A stretch of DNA of 64,000 nt, from the NCBI GenBank assembly GCA_030867685.1, contig JAQOWU010000003.1, forward strand, positions 186,001 to 250,000, read 5' to 3'. The stretch is from Wickerhamiella versatilis. Lineage: Eukaryota. This document shows, one piece after another, positions 1 through 10,731 of this stretch. Positions within the stretch are counted from its first letter, which is position 1. The number at the start of each line of letters is the position of its first letter. The position numbers were made by a program, and so were the translations under genes. The notes beneath the pieces are model-generated. The model was given only the letters and a program-made list of their open reading frames with translations, ran no database searches and was not told the origin of the DNA.

Positions 1-812
1 TCTGAAAAATTTTTACATAGCGCCCTTGAAGCAGCAAGATCTGTTATCGTACGCATAACGGCAGTGGATCCCGTTCATAATACACCTCAAAGGTGGGCTT
101 CCAGGCTTATTCACGCCGTTACTTTTTTGGCTAAGGTCTTAATTTCGGAACCCCGAAAATACTTTTGTAATGCTAATCTTGATATTTTCACCCGCATAAA
201 GGAATTTGGGAGCGTACTGGATAAGTCCGCCATTCCCAGGTATGAGCGTTATTCTAAACTATTGGGATCTTTCTGTTGCAAGCTTTCGGAATGCCAAGAA
301 ATGATCTATATGAATGAGAAATACAATGGTGAGTCGACGCAAAGTAGATCAATAGGCTCAAGGAGCGATCCAAGATCGCCTTTACGAGACAATCACCATT
401 CTCACCCCCTGTCTCTTGAAGAGTTATTCCCGGGGTATTTAATCGATTTCTCTGAAACGTGGTTAGACTCTATGCCTTGTACTGTAACGTTTACCGATAA
501 CTGAAGACCCAGGATTCTTTCCTATATTTCTTTATTTATTACACTTCAAGTGCAGCAACTTATTTAGTTATTCTTAAATTCATTCTCATTTGATGGAAGC
601 CTAAAGATTCAGTCCACTACCCGAGACTGGTTGTACGCTTCAGAAAGTTTCATCAGACATTCGTATGTTTTTCTTGCGAGCTGAATTTGAGACACTTAGG
701 TATTAAAATTATCAGAGGCCATCATGTACTTTTCGTTTATGAAATCTGCTTGTATTTTTATACTATTAGGGGTATCTTATCTTTGTGCTCCCACGATAGG
801 TAGGTTCAGGGT

Positions 813-840
813 TCGGCATCTCGGCATCTCGGCATCTCGG
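813..840 (+). repeat. Tandem repeat (TCGGCATC)x3.5 upstream of the amino-acid permease
   Basis: tcggcatc tcggcatc tcggcatc tcgg read directly; a TATAAT-like element follows at about 846-851. Confidence 0.85.
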
Positions 841-1069
841 TAGGTTATAATACACAAACCCCCCCATGACGGACTTCAGAGCGTAGTTGAATAGGAAAGA
901 GGAAATAGCGAATCAGTAGTAAAGTATTGAAATAATAAGATAGTAGACTACTTCTTTTGGTATCAAGATGACAAGGTCCAGCTAAGATATGTGATTTGTT
1001 ACTGACAAATCATTAATCTCTCTTGGTATACCTTAAATCGGACGGGCTTCTGCAATAACAGATTTTAGC

Positions 1070-2830
1070 ATGAAGAAGGCTGAAGACTTAATTCACAAGG
1101 AGTCTGAAGCTCCTGAGGTAGGAAGTGTGGAATTGACCACTGTTAGCCGTGGGAATGTGTTTCAACTATTTTTTTATAACTTCAAGGCACATCCAGATGC
1201 CACAACGGTAATTCAAGCTGAAAAATGTTCTCAGGCTCTTCGACTTATGAAAGATTCAGAGGCGAAACTTTCAAAGAGACATATATTTGTCCTCTCAATA
1301 ACGAGTTGTATAGCTACTGGTTTCTTTGTCGGTAGCGGCAATGTGCTTAAACAATCTGGCCCTGCAAATCTTTTAATTGGTGCTGCCGTAATGGGAATTG
1401 CCTTAGTATGCACCATGTTCTCAGTAGGTGAGCTTTCTGTTCGATATCCCACCGTTACTCCTTACTTCGAACTTCCAATGCGCTTCATGGATGTATCTTG
1501 GGGATTTACTATAGGCTGGATGCATGCCCTTGCATATTTAATTGCTAGCCCTTTGGAGATTATTACCTGTGCCATGCTGACGCAGTATTGGAAGGACGAC
1601 AATAACCCGGCAGCACGGGTAAATCCCGTCGCTTGGGTTGCTCTTTTCTATGCTTTCATCGTAGCCGTGCAGCTATCAGGTAACCGCGGATTTGGTGAAT
1701 TTGAATTTCTGGTTGGCATGATTAAGCTTGCAACAATCATTGGTTTCATGATTTTTGCCATAGTGATTATCTGTGGTGGCGGACCGACACATACATACAT
1801 AGGGGGCAGCAACTGGCAACATCCTGAATATACGCTAGAAGGAAGCTACTCGAGGGGATTTGCTAATGGCTTCAAAGGGACAGTCATTTCGCTTGCAAAT
1901 TGGCCTTTCACCTATGGTGGGATGGAAATCTCCGCCACAGCAGCTTCAGAATCTTTATATCCGGAAAAAGCTATTCCACGAGCTGCAAAAGGAGCAGTTT
2001 GGCGAATTGCTATATTCTTTTTAATCGCTCTGACCTTAGCGACATTGATAGTTCCATATGGATATCCTGGGCTTGGGTCTTCAAGTGATGGATCTGGATC
2101 TATATTCATACTAGCCATCAAGATAGCGGGTGTTAGCGGACTTCCTTCGGCTATGAACGTGGTGATGATACTCTCGATTCTATCCATGGTCAATACAAAC
2201 TTATTCGGAGCCTCAAGAACCCTTGTTGCATTGGCCTCTAAACGGGTGGCACCTCAATTCCTTCTATATATTGATAGAAAAGGTCGGCCTCTGTGTGCAA
2301 ATGCAATTGTGCTCTTGTTTTCCCTGCTTTCATTTGTTTGTGCTTCTGATAAATACAGCGATGTGTTCAACTGGATGTATGCTTTTGTCTCACTGGTATT
2401 TCTTTTTGTATGGAGCTCGATATGTGTATGCCACATAATTGTTCGATTCGGGATGAAAAGACAGGACACACCAGTTAGTGAGCTTATCTTCAGGTCACCT
2501 TTGGGCATAACTGGTGCAATTTTAGGTGCAGTAATTTGTGCAGTGACCTTGGCGCTGCAATTTTGGGTATTCATTTGGCCTCTTGATTACAGTTCCTTTT
2601 CTGCAGGGGCACGTGCTGAGAGTTTTTTCCAGAATGAGCTGTCAATTATCTGTCTTCTGATTCTTTGGACTGGTCATAAGTTTTACACTGGTGGCAAATT
2701 TATTAATCCAGGGGATACAGATGTCAATACTGGCGTTAGAGATATTGATTGGACTCAGAGAGAGACTAAAGCAGCATCACTTAGGATCTACCAGAACCGT
2801 ATTCGACGAATGGCTAGCTTGTTTTGTTAA
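1070..2830 (+). CDS. Yeast amino-acid permease (APC/YAT family, Gap1-like)
   Basis: 586 aa with about 12 TM segments; LSKRHI..I....IATGFFVGSG, GELSVRYP, FGEFEF, ASRTL, YIDRKGRP and RSPLG motifs of YAT permeases. Confidence 0.9.
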   Translation: MKKAEDLIHKESEAPEVGSVELTTVSRGNVFQLFFYNFKAHPDATTVIQAEKCSQALRLMKDSEAKLSKRHIFVLSITSCIATGFFVGSGNVLKQSGPANLLIGAAVMGIALVCTMFSVGELSVRYPTVTPYFELPMRFMDVSWGFTIGWMHALAYLIASPLEIITCAMLTQYWKDDNNPAARVNPVAWVALFYAFIVAVQLSGNRGFGEFEFLVGMIKLATIIGFMIFAIVIICGGGPTHTYIGGSNWQHPEYTLEGSYSRGFANGFKGTVISLANWPFTYGGMEISATAASESLYPEKAIPRAAKGAVWRIAIFFLIALTLATLIVPYGYPGLGSSSDGSGSIFILAIKIAGVSGLPSAMNVVMILSILSMVNTNLFGASRTLVALASKRVAPQFLLYIDRKGRPLCANAIVLLFSLLSFVCASDKYSDVFNWMYAFVSLVFLFVWSSICVCHIIVRFGMKRQDTPVSELIFRSPLGITGAILGAVICAVTLALQFWVFIWPLDYSSFSAGARAESFFQNELSIICLLILWTGHKFYTGGKFINPGDTDVNTGVRDIDWTQRETKAASLRIYQNRIRRMASLFC

Positions 2831-2981
2831 TACGGCTACCATATTTGAATCATGGGCAACATTTGACTTATGCAAAGCAATCAAATGATATTTCGTATTA
2901 CTGAGCTCATTCTTCAGAGGCAAACGGGATGCGATTTATAGATAATCATGATGGTGACCCAGCATCCTAACATTACATAAT

Positions 2982-3668
2982 ATGGCTCGAGTGGCTCTGA
3001 TAAGTGGAGCAAACCGTGGAATCGGAAGAGCTATAGCTGAGACGTTTTTGTCAGATGGATGGAATATTTCTGTAGGTATTAGGAGCGGATCTCAGCAATG
3101 GCAAACACGGAATGGTGTTCATGTTTTCCCTTACGACGCTCTGAAAGGGAATGAGGAGGAATGGGTAAGTTCTGCGATAGCATGTTTCGGAAAGATCGAT
3201 GCTTTGATAGCCAATGCTGGAATGATGTATGTTAAGTCGGTCATCGATATCAGTGAGGAGGAATTCGACGAAATGTGGAGTGTGAACGTGAGGGCGACTC
3301 GTCGCCTGGCTAAAGCAGTGTTTCCTTCACTCGAAAATGTTGGAAATGGCCGGCTTGTCATCATTGGTTCGCTCTCCTCAAAACGTGTGGAAGGCTCTGA
3401 GTCCTCTGCTTATGCGGTGACGAAGCATGCGGTCCTTGCACTTGCACACGGCTTGCGGCAGATTGGATTTCCAAAAGGTATTCGTACAACTGCAGTATGC
3501 CCTGGATTCGTAGCCACTGACATGGCTAAAGACCAAGTTCCTGACCAGATGTCCTTCATCACGCAGCCACAGGATATTGCTGATATTGTCAGGATGGTGG
3601 TGAACTTGCCCAATACCGCCAGTGTGGCCGAGTTACCTGTTCATTTCAAAGCTGAAGCACAGTACTGA
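2982..3668 (+). CDS. Short-chain dehydrogenase/reductase, bacterial-like
   Basis: SGANRGIG Rossmann motif, NAG, YAVTK catalytic YxxxK, CPGFVATDM; 228 aa. Confidence 0.88.
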   Translation: MARVALISGANRGIGRAIAETFLSDGWNISVGIRSGSQQWQTRNGVHVFPYDALKGNEEEWVSSAIACFGKIDALIANAGMMYVKSVIDISEEEFDEMWSVNVRATRRLAKAVFPSLENVGNGRLVIIGSLSSKRVEGSESSAYAVTKHAVLALAHGLRQIGFPKGIRTTAVCPGFVATDMAKDQVPDQMSFITQPQDIADIVRMVVNLPNTASVAELPVHFKAEAQY

Positions 3669-3838
3669 TGAGTGGGTATTTTATGATCGAATATATTACT
3701 CTATGAGCAATTGTTCAGAATCTATAGAATTGAGTGATATATGACTAGATATGGGTAAATACATGATGAAATCGAACTAAACATGTTTCACCTTGAAACA
3801 ATGACTAATCGTTGATAGCAACTGAAGATAACTGGATC

Positions 3839-5011
3839 ATGAGCACAGAGGAATGTGATATTGTCGTAGTAGGCCTTGGCGCCATGGGGTCGGCAACATT
3901 TGATCAACTTGCAATCCGTGGTGTCGATGTGATAGGTATTGACCGGTTTGTTCCACCTCATGATCGAGGGTCAAGCCACGGAAGTTCGCGCATTACTCGT
4001 GAGGCCTTGGGGGAGGGACCAGTGTTCGTTCAGTTTGTCCGTGCATCTCATAAAAGATGGAAAGAGCTGGAACAAGTAACGGGAGAGAAGCTTTTTGAAC
4101 AATGCGGTGCTGTAATGATAGATTACGCGCATAAGAGTGGTTCACACAAGGATGATGATTTCATCCAAACTACGTTTGATACGGCTATTAAATATGGCAT
4201 TCCTCATGAGAAGCTAGATCGAGATGGCGTGGTGTCAAAGTATCCCCAATTCGCTGGTATGGATAAGGACGATATCGCATATTATGAGCCAGGTGCTGGA
4301 TATGTCCGCCCGGAGAAATGTATCGAAACACAAATCAAGGATGGCCAATCTCATGGTGGTAAAATATTCACAGGAGAAATTGTTACAAATATCCAGAATA
4401 CTGAATCTGGAGTAACTGTGAGCACGTCCAATGGGTTGGTAGTAAGAGCTAATAAAGCCATTGTGGCAGCAGGAGCCTGGATACCTGGTTTACTTGGAGA
4501 GAAATACAAAAATCTGTTTGAAGTTAGCCGTCAGGTACAGTTTTGGGTTGCATTAGAGGAAGGCTATCAATTTCCCCCGAACTCTCCCGTGTATATTTGG
4601 GTGGATGGTCAAGGGGAAGCTGGGTCATTTTACGGATTCCCTCCGCTACCTGGCGAGAACACTATAAAAGCTGGAAGCGAACAACGCGACAGTACTACTG
4701 ATCCTGATGAAGTGGACAGGAATGTAACTGAGGAGGAGACAAAGGAGATGATAAGTACGCATCTGAAGGGACGGATGATGGGGATTTCCGATAGAGCCGT
4801 AAAGTCATATGCTTGCCTTCTTACGTTTACACCTGACCACAGTTTCATTTTGGATTACCATCCAGAGTTACCCAATGTATTTGTGGTTGCTGCCTGCTCC
4901 GGTCATGGGTTCAAGCATTCAGCAGGAGTCGGGCAAGCTGTGGCGAAAAAGGTTACGGGTGAGGATTCAGAGTTTGATTTATCACCATTCAGTTTTGCCA
5001 GATTTAATTAG
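3839..5011 (+). CDS. Monomeric sarcosine / N-methyl-L-tryptophan oxidase family flavoenzyme (SolA/SoxA-like), bacterial-like; start may lie at 3751 if a short intron is spliced
   Basis: VVGLGAMGSA FAD motif, GSSHGSSRITR, C..TFTPDHSFILD (FAD-attachment Cys region), CSGHGFKH, LSPFSFARF C-terminus. Confidence 0.88.
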   Translation: MSTEECDIVVVGLGAMGSATFDQLAIRGVDVIGIDRFVPPHDRGSSHGSSRITREALGEGPVFVQFVRASHKRWKELEQVTGEKLFEQCGAVMIDYAHKSGSHKDDDFIQTTFDTAIKYGIPHEKLDRDGVVSKYPQFAGMDKDDIAYYEPGAGYVRPEKCIETQIKDGQSHGGKIFTGEIVTNIQNTESGVTVSTSNGLVVRANKAIVAAGAWIPGLLGEKYKNLFEVSRQVQFWVALEEGYQFPPNSPVYIWVDGQGEAGSFYGFPPLPGENTIKAGSEQRDSTTDPDEVDRNVTEEETKEMISTHLKGRMMGISDRAVKSYACLLTFTPDHSFILDYHPELPNVFVVAACSGHGFKHSAGVGQAVAKKVTGEDSEFDLSPFSFARFN

Positions 5012-5503
5012 GCTAGAGACCGGGGCTCAATCAATGTAATTCTAGTATGTGTCCGAAAGTTCAATGCCTCCTGAAAATCATTCTCTGCAGTAATAGCTAA
5101 GCTCATGATATGAAGCGTCTCCAACTGCATCAACTGCCTCATCTCCATCCCACAGCCGTGAGCTGCCATTCTCAGGCATCTTGGCATGACTCTTATTGAT
5201 TATAGAAGGCTCAATTGAGCTCGACGCTAAATATTTATCAGCAATGTCCATTGTTAAATTTTTCTGCACGCATCGCAGAACCAGTGCCGTATGCACCCCT
5301 TAGTCGTGCGACACCTGCAAGCCCTCAGACCTCTCCACCCTTTTTCCTGGATCAACTTGCCCTGGTACCGACTACGCACCGAATTTTGAAACTGAAGGTA
5401 GCTGATATACGTAAATATTGAAAAGTTTATCAAATATTCTGCTCTATGATATTATAAATAACTTGCTATCCCGATGACCTCGTATTAAAGGATCCAATGC
5501 TGC

Positions 5504-7102
5504 CTACAAAGCATAGCGAAATTCTGGGTTCTCCAGATCGGTCAGATCGGCAAATTCTGGGTTCTCTATTCCTGGCGGAAGCTTCTTGTCGCTCTTATCT
5601 CGTCTCTTGTTTCTCCAAACGTTCAGAAACATCAGCGCTACCATCATAACTAGGCCTCCCGCATCACAACCTGCCATGGTTCCTTTTCCCGTAGGATAAT
5701 CGGGTTTTTCAGAAGCCTTAAACGCTTGAGGACCTGCTATATTTCCCACGGCGTACGTTATGTTCAGAATAGCGTCTACAACGAGCATTTTGGTGAATCC
5801 ACCTGTGTTGGAGGCAATATTCGACATGAGGGCCGGCATTCCAATCTGATTTGTCCAGTTTGTGGCGAGGTAGCCGAACAACTGGGCCCCCTGGTTGGGC
5901 CCCCATGCCATCAGACAATAGCAGAGCACATCGGCAGCCGCAAAAAATATAGCATAGACCATGCGATGGTCCTTGAAGAGAAATATCGAGCAGATGCCAG
6001 TGATAAGACACCCAACCAAGCAAAGTGCACCACATGGCAAGCCCATAAGCAAAGATTTTTCGGTACTGGCAAAACCCAGGCCCTGAAGAAGAATATTGGA
6101 AAATCCTGTGGACGCCCCGTTCGGCACGTCGGAAAGTACCATATATATACCAGCAAGCCAAGTGGCAGGGTCCAGAAGCGCCTCTTTGATTTGGTATGTC
6201 TTGATAACCGGTGTGCCATATCCTGCCGAAGCGTTCTCTTCGGCAATCATCTGGACCTGCCACTCCCGTTCATCCTCAGTCAGGAACCATGCTTGGGCTG
6301 GGGTATCTGGTATGTGGAAATAGAACACGATACTGGTAAGCACGGTAATCAGGCCAAAAATGATGATCAGGACGCGCCATGGTGCCAAGCTCATGCTTTC
6401 TCGGTGGACGTAGCAACCGTACGCAATGGCATTTACAAGAATGGTTCCTAGACCATCCCAACCGAACCAGAAAAGGGTTCTACTGAAATGTTGACGTCGA
6501 GGAAACCACTGCGATGTAAGTATGGTGAAGGCCGGAGTCATCACAGATTCGAGAATCCCCATCAGGACTCGTGTGACCATATAGCCGGCATAACTTTGAC
6601 TTGCAGCCGATAAAGTAAGCACCACGGCCCATCCTACGTAGGCCGCGCAGGAGAATTTGGCAACACCAAATTTTTGCATCAGAAGCACCATCGGTAGTAC
6701 TGCCACCAGGTACCCCAGGTAGAAGCCGCTCGTGACCCAGTCGTACCTATCATTATCCTCCATGTTAAGATCTTTCATAATTCCAAGAACGCTACTCCCA
6801 CTGGAAACTGTTTTATCGGCCATCTGTAGACAGTAGCACCACCCCATGAAAAGAAACAAATACACATCTGTCTTAAACATAATTCGTCGCCGCACATCAG
6901 GAGGAACTTTCTGGCCCTCATGAGGATTGTGGAGATACTTCAAGGCAATGTCCCCCTTATCATGCTCCTTTGCGGCCCGGCGCGAGACACTGTGTTTCGA
7001 CCATACACTGGTAATGTGACCTTCTTCGAAACTCCTTTTAGGCGTGACATCGGATCCTTTCACCGGTTCCACATATATGTGACTTTTTTCTATATCACTC
7101 AT
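5504..7102 (-). CDS. MFS transporter, allantoate permease (Dal5/ACS) family
   Basis: 532 aa; FYLGYL, RVLMGILES..P, SQWF, PWR...I..G.IT, IPDTPAQAWFLT, NTGGFTK, DLTDLENPEFRYAL C-terminus. Confidence 0.9.
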   Translation of the reverse strand: MSDIEKSHIYVEPVKGSDVTPKRSFEEGHITSVWSKHSVSRRAAKEHDKGDIALKYLHNPHEGQKVPPDVRRRIMFKTDVYLFLFMGWCYCLQMADKTVSSGSSVLGIMKDLNMEDNDRYDWVTSGFYLGYLVAVLPMVLLMQKFGVAKFSCAAYVGWAVVLTLSAASQSYAGYMVTRVLMGILESVMTPAFTILTSQWFPRRQHFSRTLFWFGWDGLGTILVNAIAYGCYVHRESMSLAPWRVLIIIFGLITVLTSIVFYFHIPDTPAQAWFLTEDEREWQVQMIAEENASAGYGTPVIKTYQIKEALLDPATWLAGIYMVLSDVPNGASTGFSNILLQGLGFASTEKSLLMGLPCGALCLVGCLITGICSIFLFKDHRMVYAIFFAAADVLCYCLMAWGPNQGAQLFGYLATNWTNQIGMPALMSNIASNTGGFTKMLVVDAILNITYAVGNIAGPQAFKASEKPDYPTGKGTMAGCDAGGLVMMVALMFLNVWRNKRRDKSDKKLPPGIENPEFADLTDLENPEFRYAL

Positions 7103-8802
7103 TTTTCTTGCCGTCCTCTATGAACCGGGAGACAATACGGGGAATAGGCCGGGAAGTTATATTTCGGTTGTTATTAATCGGCGCTGAAACCTATCAAATA
7201 TCAGTCATTTCGGCAGAGGCAGGCTGGATAACGACAATAAAATACACAGGGGTTGATAACATTGCATAAACTGCTGGTGCTTCTTAGAACTCCTTACATC
7301 TCTATTCTTCAGGTGTTTTAAAAAGTTAAATTGAAGCTTTATCTCCAAGGGTTAGGGTGTTTTTTGAAAACCAGTGAGAAAACCAGCGCCTTGGACAATC
7401 TACATTTCTTTAATGGCATTCACCAATACATTGGGCCATTGAATTATGCTCTACTTCCAGTCCCTAAGACCAAAGCTAACCCTATATTTTTTAAAGGACG
7501 TCTGGCTTCTAAAAGGCAGGTAGCGCCGAGTTTATCTGAGAATATTAGGGTTTCATTGGCCCAGGATTTTCCTGAAACTGATTAGAAATCGAGGGATATG
7601 GGGTTTGCCGCAATTCTCATCTGAGCATAGTACTATCTATATAAGGCATACGTAGAAGTGGCCTGAAGTATAATATGGATTACAGGTGGTTGGCATAAGT
7701 ACCTCGAGTCGGCCGACATTATTGTTTGGGCACTTTAATATTTAATTCGCTGGTGGGCTTTAGGCTTGAGAAATTGATTATTATTCGTTACATGTATATC
7801 TATGGAACCATTCCTTATAGAATCTTGTGGCGGATAATCAGATAAGCTTGCACTTGGATTCTCTTACTATAATAATCTCTTAATTGACTTGGACTTAAAG
7901 CACATGCCGTGATATATCCTTTACGATCTCATAATCTGGACCATATTCTCTAGAGTAAGAGTCGCCACTTATTGGCAAGGATGAGTACGTCAGTGTATCA
8001 CAGGTTCATAGTTTGAGGATATACAGAAAGAACGCTGTTATGAAGGTTATCAGTTCTAGAAACAGAGGCTCTTCATCTCTCTCGGGGCTTGGTTAGTCAT
8101 TTAGGGCTTCTACTGACAGCTCATACATTTCTGTGATTAGCGGTGAGTTAAAGGGTGGTTGCGGATGCGCTATGTCGTTCACCCTAAGACGGAATATATT
8201 TCTAGTGAAATATTCGTTTTTAGCGTCGTATTATTTCATAGGTAAATGGTAATTCTGGCAGCGGCGTTGACCATGAGCACCGCTCGGTGTACTTACTAGC
8301 TTGAACTAATATTATAAACACAAGAACAAAGAATGGATCCATCTTAAATCAAACCCCCGGTCCTCTTATTACTAACAGTACTACGTGCGGCTCACGGTTC
8401 ATTGACTAAACCTTGCATAAGTTGGCATATGCTTATATGTAACATTGTGAATTATTTTCTAATCCGAGACTAATGGAATATTTTTTACAGACTTTACGTT
8501 GCTCTACACCATGACTTAGTTGCGGCAGACGAATTTACAATCCTTGCTTATTTAGATCTTGACATCCCATAATCTGGGTTTCGCGATAGATATAATTTAA
8601 GCCTTTAATGGCATGCTGAGCCTACATGTAGTTTCGTCACGATGGGCGCATCTATGTCCAGTAAGTAAGTGTTAGCTTACAAAACGTGCACATGCCGCAA
8701 AGAACTACATTATACCAACGAGGTTGTGTCGAACAGAAATGGGGATCGAGGCTATATTTTTTTCATGGATATACATTTACTTCTAGCTCTACGTATACTA
8801 AT

Positions 8803-9870
8803 CTAGGAGTCTTCCACATCAATAACAATACGTCCATTGACATCACCATCGGCAAGGCGTTTGTATGCATCGTTGATGTCCTTGAACTTAATGACTTCAA
8901 TTTCAGGGAGGATGTCCTTCTCGGCACACAAGTCGAACATCTGCTGAGTTTCGGCGATACCACCAATAGCAGAGCCAATAACACCGCGGTTGCCGAATAC
9001 CAAAGGAACGGAGTTCATGGCCTTGTCACCAAGAGGACCAAGTTGACCAACGATCACCAAGTTGCCGAAGGGTTTGAGGGCAGGTACGTATGGGTCAACC
9101 TCATGACTGACGGGGATACAGTCAATAATGATATCGAGGCTGTTAGCGGCACTCTTCATTTCGTCGCTACTGCTAGATGCGATGACATTGTCAGCACCGA
9201 GCTCCTTGGCGAGCGCATCCTTCTTGTGACTACGGCTGAAAACAGTCACTTCGGCACCTAGACCCTTGGCGAGCTTCACACCCATGTGACCAAGACCACC
9301 AAGACCGATAACACCAACCTTGGTACCCTTGCCAACCTTGAATCGGTTCAAGGGACTATAAGTGGTAATACCGGCGCACAGAAGGGGAGCGGCAGCAAGA
9401 AGCTTTTCCTTGCTGTGGAAGGCCTTGGGAACCTTGAGGACGAAGTGGTCGCGAACAACGATCTTCTTGGAGTACCCGCCAAACGTGTGAGGACCAGTCT
9501 GGTACTTATCAGGTCCGTTGTAAGTTTGGACGCTGCCCTTCACGCAGAAAGTCTTGACGTCCTGCTTGCATAGAGGGCAGTCAAGGCAGGAGTCAACGAG
9601 ACAACCTACTGCGACGTAGTCGCCAGCCTTCACGTTGGTCACCTTGTCGCCAACAGCCACAGCCTGACCAATGACTTCGTGACCGGGGACTACAGGATAG
9701 CTAGATCCACCCCAGTCGTTGCGGACAACGTGAAGATCACTGTGACAGATACCACATCCGACGACGTTTATTTCGACATCGTCTGGCTGAATGTCACGTC
9801 TGCTAATAGTGGTCTGCTTAAGATCGGCAGTAGGAGAGTCTGCGGCGTATGCTTCAACTGAGGTAGGCAT
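8803..9870 (-). CDS. ADH6: NADP-dependent Zn alcohol dehydrogenase (cinnamyl-ADH / YahK / Adh6 type), bacterial-like
   Basis: CGICHSDLH, YPVVPGHE, VGCLVDSC..C..C, TFGGYS, APLLCAGITTYSPL, GLGGLGHMGVK, GSAIGGIAETQQM; first ATG at 9870. Confidence 0.88.
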   Translation of the reverse strand: MPTSVEAYAADSPTADLKQTTISRRDIQPDDVEINVVGCGICHSDLHVVRNDWGGSSYPVVPGHEVIGQAVAVGDKVTNVKAGDYVAVGCLVDSCLDCPLCKQDVKTFCVKGSVQTYNGPDKYQTGPHTFGGYSKKIVVRDHFVLKVPKAFHSKEKLLAAAPLLCAGITTYSPLNRFKVGKGTKVGVIGLGGLGHMGVKLAKGLGAEVTVFSRSHKKDALAKELGADNVIASSSSDEMKSAANSLDIIIDCIPVSHEVDPYVPALKPFGNLVIVGQLGPLGDKAMNSVPLVFGNRGVIGSAIGGIAETQQMFDLCAEKDILPEIEVIKFKDINDAYKRLADGDVNGRIVIDVEDS

Positions 9871-10506
9871 TTTTGGAGCTATCCAGTAAATGGAACATGC
9901 TGTCCTATATATCAACCTATGACAGAGGGGTAAGGGTATTTATAATATTAATAATTTTGTTTTACAAATCGTCAGGAGAAAGGCAGATAGCAACGCACCG
10001 CCACGTCACTGTAGCAAACATGTATGGGTGAGTAATAGCTAAAACGGTTAAAGTTGGAATATTATCCAGAATATCCTAGCTAGTAAAGGAAAAAAAAATT
10101 TGAAATTAACGAAGCGTAAACTACCGATACTGACTTTAGTTAGATAAATGACACCGTACAGCTGCATCTGCTGCCAATGCACGGAATGGTCGGCCCGACC
10201 CTACATCGCTGATATCGACGCATTCTGTGATATGTTGAGCAACTTGTAATATTTCAACAGCTTAAGTGTGTAACTATAGGTTAATAAAGTGACACATGAA
10301 AAGCAATCTCAAATAATTCCACCTTTTCATGCAGTAGTATCTCTACCCTATTCCCACGTGGTCTGGACCTCTCACATGGAGGGCGATCGATCACCGAATA
10401 TACCTTTTTGTTGTGTAGGGACTTATACTCTTCTAAAGTGTAAGACACATTATTTTATGCGTATCTCGCATTTAATTATTAGGATTCTTCTGACCTAGTG
10501 CGTGAA

Positions 10507-10537
10507 TAGGCATCTTGTCTTGTAGGCATCTTGTCTT
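10507..10537 (+). repeat. Tandem duplication of TAGGCATCTTGTCTT (15 nt, 1-nt spacer)
   Basis: taggcatcttgtctt g taggcatcttgtctt. Confidence 0.8.
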
Positions 10538-10731
10538 TTTTTCTGACGGCGATACTATTAAACTTAATACCATGTCATTTCGTATGAAGGAAACATGGTT
10601 TACAGCAATTATCTACGGTTCGTGAACAATGAGCAGCCTAGGCTGCATACCGTCAAGTCTGTGAAACAATTTTTTTTCTATGCTATGTCATCACTTTCAT
10701 ATATGAAACCATCTAGCACTAGCGCAGTTCT

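Noticed and set aside
64-504. 146-aa ORF at the window start
   Set aside because: GTG start, no recognisable motifs, composition like intergenic sequence
5718-6461. Long overlapping and antisense ORFs inside the Dal5-like gene (likewise 8686-9261, 42889-43464, 53850-54524)
   Set aside because: Shadow frames of well-supported genes with no domain features
7331-7585. 84-aa ORF and the long 7103-8802 gap
   Set aside because: TTG start, no motif; no tRNA, LTR or gene remnant recognisable
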